Source of the DNA: Candidatus Pyrohabitans jungbluthii
GTDB taxonomy: Archaea; Hydrothermarchaeota; Hydrothermarchaeia; Hydrothermarchaeales; BMS3B
NCBI GenBank assembly: GCA_002010065.2
Contig: MTMD02000014.1
Span: 96,001 to 160,000 of the forward strand
Direction: 5' to 3'
Length of the DNA stretch: 64,000 bases
A model generated the notes under the pieces. It searched no databases. It was given only the letters and a program-made list of their open reading frames with translations, and had not been told where the DNA came from. A program made the position numbers and the translations under genes. Shown in pieces: positions 28,293-38,230 of the stretch (position 1 is the stretch's first letter; the number at the start of each line of letters is the position of its first letter).

Positions 28293-29198
28293 ATGAACAG
28301 GAATCTTTTAATAGTAGTGGCTATAGCAGTTGCGGTGATTGGAATCTCTATTCTGGGCGCTTACCTGATTTCAAAACCAAGCGACGGGATAATCTCCGGT
28401 GACAAGGTTGCTGTTATAAGGATTGACGGAGTTATATCCATGGACTCGGGGGAGGGTGTGTTTTCCACCGAAGCGACAACGCCGGAGGAGTTCAAATCCC
28501 AGCTTGACCGCGCACTAAGCGACGGCTCTGTGAAGGCAATTCTCATAGAGATAAACTCTCCCGGGGGCAGCGTCGTTGCCAGCGAGGAGATTGCAGAGGC
28601 GATTAAAGAGGCAAAAGAGAAGAAGCCCGTCGTCGCCTGGCTAGGGGAGATCGCCACCTCGGGCGGGTACTACGTTGCCAGTGCGAGCAGCTATATAGTC
28701 GCAGATCCCGGCACCATCACCGGAAGCATAGGCGTAATTTCGGTGTTTCCGGAATATTCGAGGCTGCTGGAGAAGCTGGGGATAAACATGACTGTAATCA
28801 AGGCGGGGGAGTACAAGGACTTCTCCACCGGGTATCGCCCTCTCACCGAGGAAGAACGCAGGATGGTAGAGGAAATAATCTACGACTTCTATGAGCTTTT
28901 TATCGCTGAGGTGGCGCAGAACCGCAATCTCAGCGTTGAGCACGTGAAGCAGGTGGCGGAGGGCAGAATATACTCTGCAAGGCGAGCGAAGGAGTTAGGG
29001 TTGGTGGACGAGGTTGGCACCCGCAGGGTTGCGATTAAGAAGGCGGCTGAGCTGGCTGGCATAGAGGGCGAGCCCCATTTGGTGAGCTACGAGAGGAAGG
29101 CACTCTTCAGGGAGATTTTTGGCACCGGTATGGAGCGCCTTGGCTATGGGTTTGCAAAAGCACTGCTCGAGAGAGATGCCAATCCTGCGCTGAGGTAG
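28293..29198 (+). CDS. sppA: Signal peptide peptidase SppA (36K type)
   Basis: N-terminal TM, INSPGGSV, ATSGGYYVA, TGSIGV, KAGEYKD, A.ELGLVD. Confidence 0.95.
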   Translation: MNRNLLIVVAIAVAVIGISILGAYLISKPSDGIISGDKVAVIRIDGVISMDSGEGVFSTEATTPEEFKSQLDRALSDGSVKAILIEINSPGGSVVASEEIAEAIKEAKEKKPVVAWLGEIATSGGYYVASASSYIVADPGTITGSIGVISVFPEYSRLLEKLGINMTVIKAGEYKDFSTGYRPLTEEERRMVEEIIYDFYELFIAEVAQNRNLSVEHVKQVAEGRIYSARRAKELGLVDEVGTRRVAIKKAAELAGIEGEPHLVSYERKALFREIFGTGMERLGYGFAKALLERDANPALR

Positions 29199-29202
29199 TC
29201 AG

Positions 29203-30201
29203 ATGCATGAGCTTTTTGTGCTCCTCAGCGATGATGTTATGGCGAGGGTACGGGATTACCTTAGGGATGATAGGGAGTTTTTGGAGGAGCTTTATTTAGT
29301 GTTGGCTCCTGAGCCTGTGCTGGAGATTGACGACGATGCCCTTGAGCTGCTCAGGGATAATCTCGCGCTTTGGAGGCGTGGATATGCGATTCCCCTCGCG
29401 GCGCTTGAAGAGGCGAAGCGTTTCGTCACGGGTAACGCCTCGCTTCGCAGCTTGCAACGCGGGTTTTTGGTGATGCTGAGCAGTGAGGAGCTTGAGGCAG
29501 AGCCGGACGCTAACTACGCCTTTGCCAAGGAGTTCTGCAGTTCTGTGAAAGGGGAGAAGGTTCTGGATGTGGCGAGCGGTTTTGGCTGGGTGCCGGTGCT
29601 CCTCAGCGAGAGGGCGCATGTCTATGCGCTGGACAGCGCCTACAAAAACCCCATAATCTACGAGGAGGATAGGATATACATCGATGGCACAACGATAGAG
29701 CTTTTCCCTGGCTTTCCGGAGGGTCAGGCGTTTATTCGCGCAAACCGCGAGAAATTCACCTGCTACGCCGACTTTGCAAGGCTCTTCTGGGAGAAGCACG
29801 GCGCTAAGCTTGAGAACATAACACTGCTCCAGGGAGACGCCTCTAACTTAAGCAGTGTGCGCAGCCTGGGCGGTGATTCACCATTGACGCTTACCGAAGC
29901 CTTCGACAGCGTAACAATCTTCTTCGGGCTAAACCACATAGGCAAAGCGTGGCGGCGCGTGCTCAGCGAGGCTTCGCGTGTTCTCCGCAGGCATGGCAAG
30001 CTTCACGTGGCGATTTACCGCGAGTACCTTGCGAAATTCCCGCTCAAGGGCGCGTACAACTGGGCAGAGCAGCTTGGGATTGAGATTATACCGCTGGAGG
30101 AGCTTCTGAAGGAAGCTGAGGCGCTTGATTTAAAGGCGAAGGTTAAGAGGCACTCTGGGGAGAAGCTCTACCACATGGTGGAGATGGAGAAGAGGGAGTA
30201 G
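29203..30201 (+). CDS. Class I SAM-dependent methyltransferase with an uncharacterised N-terminal region
   Basis: VLDVASGFG motif I, QGDA, FDSV...LNHI...E..RVLR..G.L. Confidence 0.75.
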   Translation: MHELFVLLSDDVMARVRDYLRDDREFLEELYLVLAPEPVLEIDDDALELLRDNLALWRRGYAIPLAALEEAKRFVTGNASLRSLQRGFLVMLSSEELEAEPDANYAFAKEFCSSVKGEKVLDVASGFGWVPVLLSERAHVYALDSAYKNPIIYEEDRIYIDGTTIELFPGFPEGQAFIRANREKFTCYADFARLFWEKHGAKLENITLLQGDASNLSSVRSLGGDSPLTLTEAFDSVTIFFGLNHIGKAWRRVLSEASRVLRRHGKLHVAIYREYLAKFPLKGAYNWAEQLGIEIIPLEELLKEAEALDLKAKVKRHSGEKLYHMVEMEKRE

Positions 30202-30206
30202 CTCGG

Positions 30207-30788
30207 CTACGGCTCAATCTTGGTGCCGAGCAGCTCCAGAAACTTCGCCAGCCATTCAGGATGCGCGGGCCACGCGGGAGCGGTGACGATGTTTTTATCC
30301 ACATGAGCTTTGTCCACTGGCACGTCTACCCACTTAGCCCCTGCGGCCTTCACCTCGGGCGAGACCGCAGGGTAGGCTGTGCACGCTACGCCTTCAATAA
30401 CCCCTGCCGCAGCAAGTACCTGTGCTCCGTGGCAGATTGCAGCGATGGGTTTACCAGCCTGAGCGAAGTGGCGCACAATCTCTAGCACGCGCTCGTTGAG
30501 GCGGATGTACTCGGGCGCACGCCCACCAGGGATTACCAGAGCGTCATACTCCTCTGGGTTAATTTCATCGAAGGTGGCGTTAAGTGCAAAGTTGTGCCCC
30601 GGCTTCTCGCTGTAGGTCTGGTCGCCCTCAAAGTCGTGTACAGCGGTGCGAACCTTCTCCCCAGCCTTCTTGTCGGGACACACCGCGTGCACCTCGTGTC
30701 CAACCATCTGTAGCGCTTGGAACGGCACCATGGCTTCGTAGTCCTCCACATAGTCCCCCACAAGCATCAATATCTTCTTGGCACCCAT
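30207..30788 (-). CDS. DJ-1/PfpI family protein
   Basis: [31 protein letters not shown]. Confidence 0.95.
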   Translation of the reverse strand: MGAKKILMLVGDYVEDYEAMVPFQALQMVGHEVHAVCPDKKAGEKVRTAVHDFEGDQTYSEKPGHNFALNATFDEINPEEYDALVIPGGRAPEYIRLNERVLEIVRHFAQAGKPIAAICHGAQVLAAAGVIEGVACTAYPAVSPEVKAAGAKWVDVPVDKAHVDKNIVTAPAWPAHPEWLAKFLELLGTKIEP

Positions 30789-30897
30789 ATCTACACCTCC
30801 CTAAGCTCACGAAAATTCAAACATTACTACATTTGCAGGCATGACATAAGAATGTATTTGCCTCTAGGCTTGTAGCAATAAAATTTAAAGAAAGGTG

Positions 30898-31500
30898 CTA
30901 CAGCTGCTCCTTAATCCTGTGGAGAAGCTCCGCTGGCGTTTTTACCGGGTACTCCAGCTTTTCCAGAATCTCCTCCGCCTTTCTGTCTTTTATCACAAGC
31001 CCACGAAGTCTCTCTATTAGCTGCTCCTTCTCTACGGGGAAATCCAGCCCCTTTATGCGCGCCAGCACGTGCACCGCCCAGTCGATGCCAAGAACCTCAG
31101 CTTCACGCTGTGCAAGCCTCACCTCTTCGCCCAGGCGCCCCTCCTTCTTCAGCTTCCTGTAGGCGAGCTTGGCTAGGCCGCCGGCGATGTGCTCATCTGC
31201 GCTCTCCACCTCCTGCGCAAGGTATGCCCTAACTTTCTCCTCGTCCGCCGTAGCTATGTTTCGCGCCGTCTGCTCAGTTATGCCGAGCTCTCTGGCAATC
31301 TCCGCATAGCTCTTCATCGCCTCATTTCTGAGCACCACCACGTATGCCGCCTCCGCCAGGGATGGAAGCCAGGTGAGGTTGCGGTACTCCACCAGCTTCT
31401 TCAGCCCGCCAAGAAGGGAGATGCTCTCGGCAAACACCTGCTCTGCCATCGTATCAATGCTAGTAGCTACGGGTTTTGAAATAACCTCCATTTCCACCAC
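30898..31500 (-). CDS. KaiC-associated HTH regulatory protein with a C-terminal DUF2795-like domain
   Basis: LGGLKKLVEYRNLTWLPSLAEAAY, SYAEIARELGITEQT, HIAGGLAKLAY; C-terminal LDFPVEKEQL...YPVKTPAEL. Confidence 0.8.
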   Translation of the reverse strand: MVEMEVISKPVATSIDTMAEQVFAESISLLGGLKKLVEYRNLTWLPSLAEAAYVVVLRNEAMKSYAEIARELGITEQTARNIATADEEKVRAYLAQEVESADEHIAGGLAKLAYRKLKKEGRLGEEVRLAQREAEVLGIDWAVHVLARIKGLDFPVEKEQLIERLRGLVIKDRKAEEILEKLEYPVKTPAELLHRIKEQL

Positions 31501-31506
31501 CTCCCT

Positions 31507-32349
31507 TCACTTCTTTATGTACTCCTCAAGGGGAGCGATTATGTCTATGACCCCGAGGTCGGAGATATCAAACACCCAGGTGCGAGAGTCATGCGGAGCC
31601 AGGCGGCATCCGTCTATGCGCAGTGTGCGCAGCACACTCCCAAGAGGCAAGTGGTAGAGCGAGACATCCCACCTGGTCTCTATTATCTTCTTATCCAGCA
31701 CTATGGTGCCGTCGACGATGTGCGCCACAGCCAAGCCGCCGGCTGCCTCTGCGCTCTCGCTCGCCTGCGCAGAGCGCTTCTGAGATACTAAAAGAGCGGT
31801 CTGGTGCCATTTTTTGAGGAAATTGAAAAACTGCCTTACAATCTGCCTTGCCGCGACCTCCTTGTGCTCATATAAACCTGTGATGCTGTCTATAATTACG
31901 TTTGTAATCTTCTTTTCCTTAATTGCGTACGCCATGGTATCGAGCAGCGCCCTGGGGTTCTCCCTCAGTTCCTCGTTATCCGAGGCGTCTATCACCACAA
32001 TGTTCTTCTCCACTGTAGCGAAGTCAGCGCCCAGCGCCTCGCTCTTCTGCTTCAGCGCCGTGTATAGAAAATTCGCTGGACTTTCCACTGTAACATAAAG
32101 CACCCTGTAGCCCGCGCTTGCTTGAGCTACTGCGAACTGCTCGGCTAGAATGCTCTTGCCGGTGTCGGGTATTCCGGTGATGTTCATCACCGCAAGGTAT
32201 GGTATTCCCCCGAGAGGCTTGCGCTCATAGCCCTGCTCACCCTTCTCAATCTTGTAAAACAGCTCATCCAGCTTTGTGCCAGTGGGTATGCCGAACAGCT
32301 TCGGCGCTTTACCCTCAAGCTCCGCCAAGGTATAGTACTCCCCCACCAT
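31507..32349 (-). CDS. Single-domain KaiC-like RecA-superfamily ATPase (AF_0795-like)
   Basis: GIPTG, GIPDTGKS Walker A, VTVESP, IIDSITG, HIVDGTI, RIDGCRL..HD. Confidence 0.88.
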   Translation of the reverse strand: MVGEYYTLAELEGKAPKLFGIPTGTKLDELFYKIEKGEQGYERKPLGGIPYLAVMNITGIPDTGKSILAEQFAVAQASAGYRVLYVTVESPANFLYTALKQKSEALGADFATVEKNIVVIDASDNEELRENPRALLDTMAYAIKEKKITNVIIDSITGLYEHKEVAARQIVRQFFNFLKKWHQTALLVSQKRSAQASESAEAAGGLAVAHIVDGTIVLDKKIIETRWDVSLYHLPLGSVLRTLRIDGCRLAPHDSRTWVFDISDLGVIDIIAPLEEYIKK

Positions 32350-32446
32350 ACATTATGATTAAAGTAACCTAACGTGAAAAAATAATGGAATGGCTTATAG
32401 TATGCTAAGGCAAAAACTTTGCGCAATCAGCGCAAAAGGAAAATGC

Positions 32447-33649
32447 TCAGAAGGTGGTTAGCTCACCCTTAATGAACATATCCGTAATTTTGGTTATATT
32501 TGCAAGATTTTCATCCACTATACCTGAGATGTCGCTCTCAATTGCGCTGAGGCTAACACCATCCTCGAGGATGAGCTGCACGCTTGCTGCCTTTGGCTGG
32601 TCTATGGGTTTGCCTATCTGCGAGAGGAGGCGCACATATACCTCCTTAACTCCTGAAACCTCGCGGGTAATCTGCTCCGCTATCCTGGGCGCGAGCAGGT
32701 TGTAGATTTTGCCTACGTGGTTTACAGGATTCTTGCCTGCCGCCGCCTCCATACTCATGTGGCGGTTAGGTGTAATTAGCCCGTTAACCCTGTTCCCCCT
32801 GCCCACGCTGCCGTCGTCACCCATCTCAGTGGAGGTGCCTGTTACAGTCAAGTAGACTGTCTTCCTCTCATAGTCATCGCCTGTGTTTAGGAAGACCTCC
32901 ACCTCGCGCTCGGTTATCTTCGAGGCGAGCTTCTCTACCTCCTCCTTTATCTGCTGCACCACGCTTATGTAGTGGTCTAGGTCGGGGACGTGCTTTGCCA
33001 CCATAGCCATTGAAATCGTCAGAGCTATGCGGTCACCCTCGCGGAGACCCATCACCTTTATATCCTCCCCGCTCTCTGGGAACCTCTTCTTAAATTCATC
33101 GCTGTTCAGGTAGCGCTCTGTCTGGTAGCACAGCCTTTCAACGTCGCTGAGAGGTGCGAAGCCCACACCAAAAGAGGTGTCATTTGCAAGGGGCACCTGC
33201 TGAGAGCGCTTAAAAACATCCACCAGGTCTACGCTACCCTGACCAATGCGGGAATCTATAATAACGTCGCTTTCCACGTCGAGGTTTCTTACGGCGCCGG
33301 TAAGATACTCCTTAGCAGCCTTAATGGCGATTTTGTGTACAGGCACAACCTTCTCATCTACGATGGTGGTCGCTCTTCCCGAGAGCAGGATGTATATCGG
33401 CTTTATTACCTTTCCACCTCCGAACCTCACATCAGCCTGGCCGCCAACAAGCTCCACCTGGTCTGTGTTGTGGTGCATAACATAGCCAAACTCCTCGATA
33501 TACTCCCTGCACAGTGCCCTGCTCACGGCGTCGGCGATGCCGTCGGCCAGGCTATCTGGATGACCTATACCCTTCCTCTCCACAAGCTCAACCCGCTGCT
33601 CTTCCACGGGGGTGCGTACAACCTGCTCAACAAAGATATTCCGCGGCAT
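32447..33649 (-). CDS. mat: Archaeal S-adenosylmethionine synthetase
   Basis: [55 protein letters not shown]. Confidence 0.97.
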   Translation of the reverse strand: MPRNIFVEQVVRTPVEEQRVELVERKGIGHPDSLADGIADAVSRALCREYIEEFGYVMHHNTDQVELVGGQADVRFGGGKVIKPIYILLSGRATTIVDEKVVPVHKIAIKAAKEYLTGAVRNLDVESDVIIDSRIGQGSVDLVDVFKRSQQVPLANDTSFGVGFAPLSDVERLCYQTERYLNSDEFKKRFPESGEDIKVMGLREGDRIALTISMAMVAKHVPDLDHYISVVQQIKEEVEKLASKITEREVEVFLNTGDDYERKTVYLTVTGTSTEMGDDGSVGRGNRVNGLITPNRHMSMEAAAGKNPVNHVGKIYNLLAPRIAEQITREVSGVKEVYVRLLSQIGKPIDQPKAASVQLILEDGVSLSAIESDISGIVDENLANITKITDMFIKGELTTF

Positions 33650-33775
33650 AACAATCCTCCTTAAAAGGGATATCCCGGGTAGAATAAATATTTTACCAAG
33701 GGAAAAGGAATTGTGGTTGAGCGGGTTAGGTATTGATTTGGTTTTTATTTTGCCTTGTAATTGTATGTGTACACA

Positions 33776-34708
33776 TCACTTCATCGAAAACCTGCGCTGC
33801 GGTTCAATTGTGAGCACAACCTTGCCATCTTTAAACACGCGCACTATGCCGCCGCTCTGGCTCACGGTGATGCCTATGCTCCGCGTTTTTGCTGTCGTCG
33901 CTGCCACTGCAGCGTGCCTCGAGCCTAAACCGCGGGGTATGTCAACGCTGCTGGTGTCAACGTTGAGGTAAACCCCAGCGGACTCTATAATCCCCTCGCT
34001 GCTTATAACAAACACCCCATCCAGCTGAGCAAGCTCCTTGATGGTCTCCTTTATCTCTGGGTTGAGCACTGAGCGCTCTCCCACGAGATGTCCTTCGAAG
34101 GGGTTGAGGATGAGCTGCCTTGAGTTTGCCAGTATCTTCTTCGAGTCGCCTATCAGGAAGGCGGTGCCTATCATCCTGCCCTCTCTTCCTTCTTTACCTA
34201 TCTCAAGGGCGATGTTCAGCACCGCCTCAAACACCTCAGGCTTGACCTCTATGTCGCGGAGGAAGTGGTAAAGCGCCAAGTCGAGGGCTTCTGCTTTTAC
34301 CTCGTAGTAGAAGATGGAGTTTGCCTCTGTGTTCAGCGTCGAACCCACTGCTACAACCACATCCTTATCGTGGATAATTCCCTTCTCAATCCCGCGCACA
34401 ATCGCATCTTCAATCATCTCCGCCACGGAGCTTTTCCTTGTCAGGAGCTTGAGCACGTGCACCTCAGGCAAGCTGCGCTTCACCTCCTTGTCCACAAATT
34501 CAACTTCAAGGGTGCTTTCCGTTGCTTCTTTAAGCATATTCTGAAACAGTTCCTCTGAGGCTGTGGCGAAGATTACTGGCAAGCGCAGCCTTGCCTTTTT
34601 AAACTCTTCAAAGCTGTCCCCAGTCTCAGTTACAACTACTATTGCAGAAGCTTCAAGCTTTTTGGCTATATCAATGGCGCTGTTGATAATTACCTCTACA
34701 TGCTTCAT
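33776..34708 (-). CDS. dacZ: Diadenylate cyclase DacZ-type (PK_C-like N-terminus plus DisA_N)
   Basis: EGREGRMIGTAF, LNPFEGH, KELAQLDGVF, GLGSRHAA, VSQSGG.VRVF. Confidence 0.88.
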   Translation of the reverse strand: MKHVEVIINSAIDIAKKLEASAIVVVTETGDSFEEFKKARLRLPVIFATASEELFQNMLKEATESTLEVEFVDKEVKRSLPEVHVLKLLTRKSSVAEMIEDAIVRGIEKGIIHDKDVVVAVGSTLNTEANSIFYYEVKAEALDLALYHFLRDIEVKPEVFEAVLNIALEIGKEGREGRMIGTAFLIGDSKKILANSRQLILNPFEGHLVGERSVLNPEIKETIKELAQLDGVFVISSEGIIESAGVYLNVDTSSVDIPRGLGSRHAAVAATTAKTRSIGITVSQSGGIVRVFKDGKVVLTIEPQRRFSMK

Positions 34709-34741
34709 TAATTAAGAATTCCAGGCCGCACAATATAAAGC

Positions 34742-35710
34742 TTAGGTAAGCACCTCTCCCAGCTTCTCCGCAAGCAGAAGCACGTCGTCTCTGCTCATGC
34801 TGAGCACATCCAGCTTTTTAAGCTCAACGCAGAAACCATGCTCAAGAAAGCGGTCATAATTTGGACAGGTGGTAATGAGGCTCTTTCCAAGGTCTGTTAT
34901 TAATCCACAAGAGCGCGCTCTTCTGGCAACCTCCTTCGGCTCAGGGTGCAGCACGCCTACACATACCCCTCGCCTCTCAGTGTGAACAACATTGGGTAGC
35001 CTAGCCTTGAGAAGTGAAGCAAACCCCGTCAATCGTTCTACTACGCTCGGAGCAATTTTGAGCTCTTCCACAAGCCCAGCGGCGAGAACACCGCTGAGGC
35101 GGCAAGCTTTAATTACCTTTGCCGCTCGCCTCAAAAACTCTTCATCGTTGGTTGAGATAAAACCGCCTGCGGTGAGATTGGCGATTTTCGGGTCTCCGGT
35201 GGAGCAGATAATTACATCGGCATTCTCGCCCTTCGCGAGTTTTTTATCCCCTATGGCTGAGGAGGCGTCCTCGATTAGGAGAACCCCATACTCCTGGCAA
35301 ATCCGGTGAATCCCGCGCAAATTCTGCTCAGCGATGTAGCCAGCGAAGGAGGTTATAATTAGAGCCTCAGGCTTCTCGCGCTCAAGCGCCTCCTCAAGTA
35401 CCTCAAGGCGAATCACCCCCAGCTCGGTTTCAACCTCGCACACCTCTTTACCCAGAAGCTGGGCATACGCCTTAAAGCCCCTCCATCCCCCCTGGTCGGG
35501 AAGCATCACTTTGTTTTCCACGGCGCTTAACGCAGCCAGCGCGGCGCAGCTTCCACTCGCCACCAGCTTGGCGAATTCGTGGCGGGTGAGCTTCGCTATA
35601 GCCTCACTTGCCTTCTCCACCATTTCGGCGCTAGATTCAACGTCCAGGGACATAGCCGCCTGGGATATCGCCAGCTTCGCCGCCTCGGAGGGCCTCCTGT
35701 GGGGAAACAT
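34742..35710 (-). CDS. Fold-type I PLP-dependent protein (DegT-like) of unknown function
   Basis: PDQGGW.GF, SFAGYIAEQ, LIEDAS, CSTGDPKI...GGFI (PLP Asp and Lys positions). Confidence 0.7.
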   Translation of the reverse strand: MFPHRRPSEAAKLAISQAAMSLDVESSAEMVEKASEAIAKLTRHEFAKLVASGSCAALAALSAVENKVMLPDQGGWRGFKAYAQLLGKEVCEVETELGVIRLEVLEEALEREKPEALIITSFAGYIAEQNLRGIHRICQEYGVLLIEDASSAIGDKKLAKGENADVIICSTGDPKIANLTAGGFISTNDEEFLRRAAKVIKACRLSGVLAAGLVEELKIAPSVVERLTGFASLLKARLPNVVHTERRGVCVGVLHPEPKEVARRARSCGLITDLGKSLITTCPNYDRFLEHGFCVELKKLDVLSMSRDDVLLLAEKLGEVLT

Positions 35711-35761
35711 AGCTAAGAGTCCACCGGAAAATATTAAAAACTTGTCTTTGAAGTTGGAGGT

Positions 35762-36514
35762 ATGTCGGGCAAGCTATACCTCGTGGGAATAGGACCTGGA
35801 AGCCTGGAGCATGCAACGCCTCGAGCGATTGAGGCAATTAAAGAGAGCGATGTAGTGGTCGGCTACAAAAGCTACCTGAAGCTTGTGGAAGACCTGCTCT
35901 CGGGCAAAGAAGTGGTATCCTCGGGGATGCGCAAGGAGGTGGAGCGGGCTAAGCTGGGGGTGGAGCTTGCGCTTCAGGGGAAGAAGGTGGCAGTGGTGAG
36001 CAGCGGGGACCCTGGTGTTTATGCAATGGCAAGTGTTGTGCTGGAATACCTCGCCGAAAATTCAGCCAAGCTGGAGGTAGAGATCATCCCCGGCATAACT
36101 TCTGCCAATGCCTCCGCCGCGCTGCTGGGCTCGCCCCTGGGTAACGACTTCGCAGTAATAAGCCTCAGCGATCTCCTTGTGCCATGGGAGGAGATAGAGC
36201 GCCGCATTGAGTTAGCTGCTAAGGGCGACTTTGTTATTGTGCTGTACAATCCGAGAAGTTCCAGGAGAAACTGGCAGCTTGACAAGGCGAGAGAGATTGT
36301 GCTCAGGTATCGCGAGCCAGAAACGCCAGTTGGCATTGTAAAGAACGCCTACCGCGAGGGTTGCACCGTCGAAGTTACCACCCTGGGTGAGATGGATACA
36401 GAGCAGGCGGACATGCTCACCACCGTCATAATAGGCAACTCCCAGAGCTTTGTTTACGATGGCAAAATCATCACCCCCCGCGGGTATAAGAGGAAGTACT
36501 CTCTGAGGGGGTAG
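35762..36514 (+). CDS. cbiH: Cobalt-precorrin-3B C17-methyltransferase
   Basis: VGIGPG, VSSGDPGVYAMA, PGIT, DFAVISLSDLL.PW, LYNPRS, TPRGY. Confidence 0.95.
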   Translation: MSGKLYLVGIGPGSLEHATPRAIEAIKESDVVVGYKSYLKLVEDLLSGKEVVSSGMRKEVERAKLGVELALQGKKVAVVSSGDPGVYAMASVVLEYLAENSAKLEVEIIPGITSANASAALLGSPLGNDFAVISLSDLLVPWEEIERRIELAAKGDFVIVLYNPRSSRRNWQLDKAREIVLRYREPETPVGIVKNAYREGCTVEVTTLGEMDTEQADMLTTVIIGNSQSFVYDGKIITPRGYKRKYSLRG

Positions 36515-36515
36515 C

Positions 36516-37274
36516 ATGCTCTGGGTGCTCGCAGGGACAAGCGACGCAGGCGAAATCATCTCAAGGCTCTCTAAAGAGGGTTTTGAGGTTGTTGCCAGCG
36601 CTACCACGCAGTATGGAGCAGAGCTTGCGAAGCGTGCTGGTGCAGGCGAGGTTGTGGTTGGGCAGCTTAGCTTTGAGGAGATGCTACGCCTTATCAAAGA
36701 CAGGCACATTCGCGTTGTTATCGATGCCACCCACCCCTTCGCCGCTGAGGCGAGCGAGAATGCGATGAGGGCGGCAAAGGTTGCGGGAGTGGAATACATC
36801 AGGTACGAAAGGGAGAGGCTTAGCCTAGCCGGCGAGAACATACGCGAGGTTGAAAGCTTTGAGGAGGCTGCAAAAGCGGCGTCGGAGCTTGGTGGTGTTG
36901 TCTTCTATACCGCCGGGATAAAGAATCTCCCCACCTTCCTTAAGCACTGCACATCCCGTGTTGTTGTTAGGGCGCTTCCCTTCCCGGAGGTAATAGCTCG
37001 CATAATTGGGCTGGGGGTTAGCCCAGAGGATATAATCGCTATGCATCCCCGCTTTGACAAAGAGCTGAACAAGGCGCTGCTTAAAGCGTACAAAGCAGAG
37101 GTGCTGGTAACCAAGGAGAGCGGCAGGGAGGGGGGTGTAGTGGAAAAGTTAGCCGCAGCCCGCGAGGTAGGCATCCCCGCGATAGTTGTGCGCCGCCCAA
37201 GGTTAGCGTACCCGAAGGTGTGTGAGAGCGTGGAGGCGGTTGTGCAGGAGATTAAAAAACTATCTTTAACGTAG
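36516..37274 (+). CDS. cbiJ: Cobalt-precorrin-6A reductase
   Basis: LAGTSDA, IDATHPFA..AS, RYER, VTKESG..GG..EK, VVRRP. Confidence 0.93.
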   Translation: MLWVLAGTSDAGEIISRLSKEGFEVVASATTQYGAELAKRAGAGEVVVGQLSFEEMLRLIKDRHIRVVIDATHPFAAEASENAMRAAKVAGVEYIRYERERLSLAGENIREVESFEEAAKAASELGGVVFYTAGIKNLPTFLKHCTSRVVVRALPFPEVIARIIGLGVSPEDIIAMHPRFDKELNKALLKAYKAEVLVTKESGREGGVVEKLAAAREVGIPAIVVRRPRLAYPKVCESVEAVVQEIKKLSLT

Positions 37275-37294
37275 TTATTCTTTAACCAGAGGGC

Positions 37295-38230
37295 ATGCGT
37301 TTCACTGCACTTGCGGTTCTGCTTCTCCTCCTCGGCGCCGCTCACGCTCAGAGCAGTGTGGTGTTTGAGAAGAGCTTGAGCAAGAGCGTCGTAGCTGTGG
37401 GAGAGCCTGTAACAGTGGTGCTCACTGTCAGCAACAACGGCAAGGAAGCCATAACCGACCTGAAGCTCAAAGATAGCGTTTCTCTGCCAGGATTCAGCTA
37501 CAACTACCTTGAGTACCTCAGCTACCTCGCCCCAGGGGAAAAGCGCAGCTTCACCTATACCATAGTCCCCACTCAGGAGGGCAACTTCACCCTGCCGAGT
37601 GCTGAGCTTGAGTTCAGCGTGGGCGGGAAGAAGGTTACCCTTCGCTCAGATGAGGTTGAGCTCCACGTTGTTGCGGTAGCGCCGCCACCAAGCGGGAGCA
37701 CTCAAAACTTTACGGGAGATGTAGCCAATAAGAGCGCCGAGACCAGGCTTTACCCAGAGCCCAAGAAGGGGCTTACTGTGAAGCAGGCTCTGAAGTTCTC
37801 GCTTATAGGCTTTCTGGGTTTGCTCCCCTTTGCTTACCTCGCCTTTAAGCGCTTTGGAAAGCGCGGGAGGGAGATAGCCAAGATATACCAGGAGAAGAAG
37901 ATAGAGGCTCCAAAGCGTGATGTTTTCAAAGAGGCGAAGGAGGTGTTCTACGGGGGAAAGAAAAAGGAAGCTTTCATTATGATCTCTGAGGAGCTAAAGC
38001 AGATTTTCAACCGCAGGTATTCCCCTGACAGGAAGCTCACCCTGCGCGAGTACCTGGCGCTCCTCGAGAAGGATGAGGTGGACGAAGAAGTTAAAAGCCT
38101 CGCCCGAGATACGGTTAAGCTTTGCGAACTTGTGGAGTTTGCCAACTATGAAGCCTCACCTGAGGAGTTCCACCTCGCGCTTAAGGGGCTGAGCAAGGTT
38201 AAAACCAAACTGGAGAAGGCGCAGAGATGA
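37295..38230 (+). CDS. Secreted/membrane protein with a DUF11/BatD-like Ig domain, a TM and a helical C-terminal domain
   Basis: Signal peptide, VGEPVTVVLTVSN, LAPGE...YTI.P..EG.FTLP.A, TM at about 170-185, CELVEFANY. Confidence 0.7.
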   Translation: MRFTALAVLLLLLGAAHAQSSVVFEKSLSKSVVAVGEPVTVVLTVSNNGKEAITDLKLKDSVSLPGFSYNYLEYLSYLAPGEKRSFTYTIVPTQEGNFTLPSAELEFSVGGKKVTLRSDEVELHVVAVAPPPSGSTQNFTGDVANKSAETRLYPEPKKGLTVKQALKFSLIGFLGLLPFAYLAFKRFGKRGREIAKIYQEKKIEAPKRDVFKEAKEVFYGGKKKEAFIMISEELKQIFNRRYSPDRKLTLREYLALLEKDEVDEEVKSLARDTVKLCELVEFANYEASPEEFHLALKGLSKVKTKLEKAQR

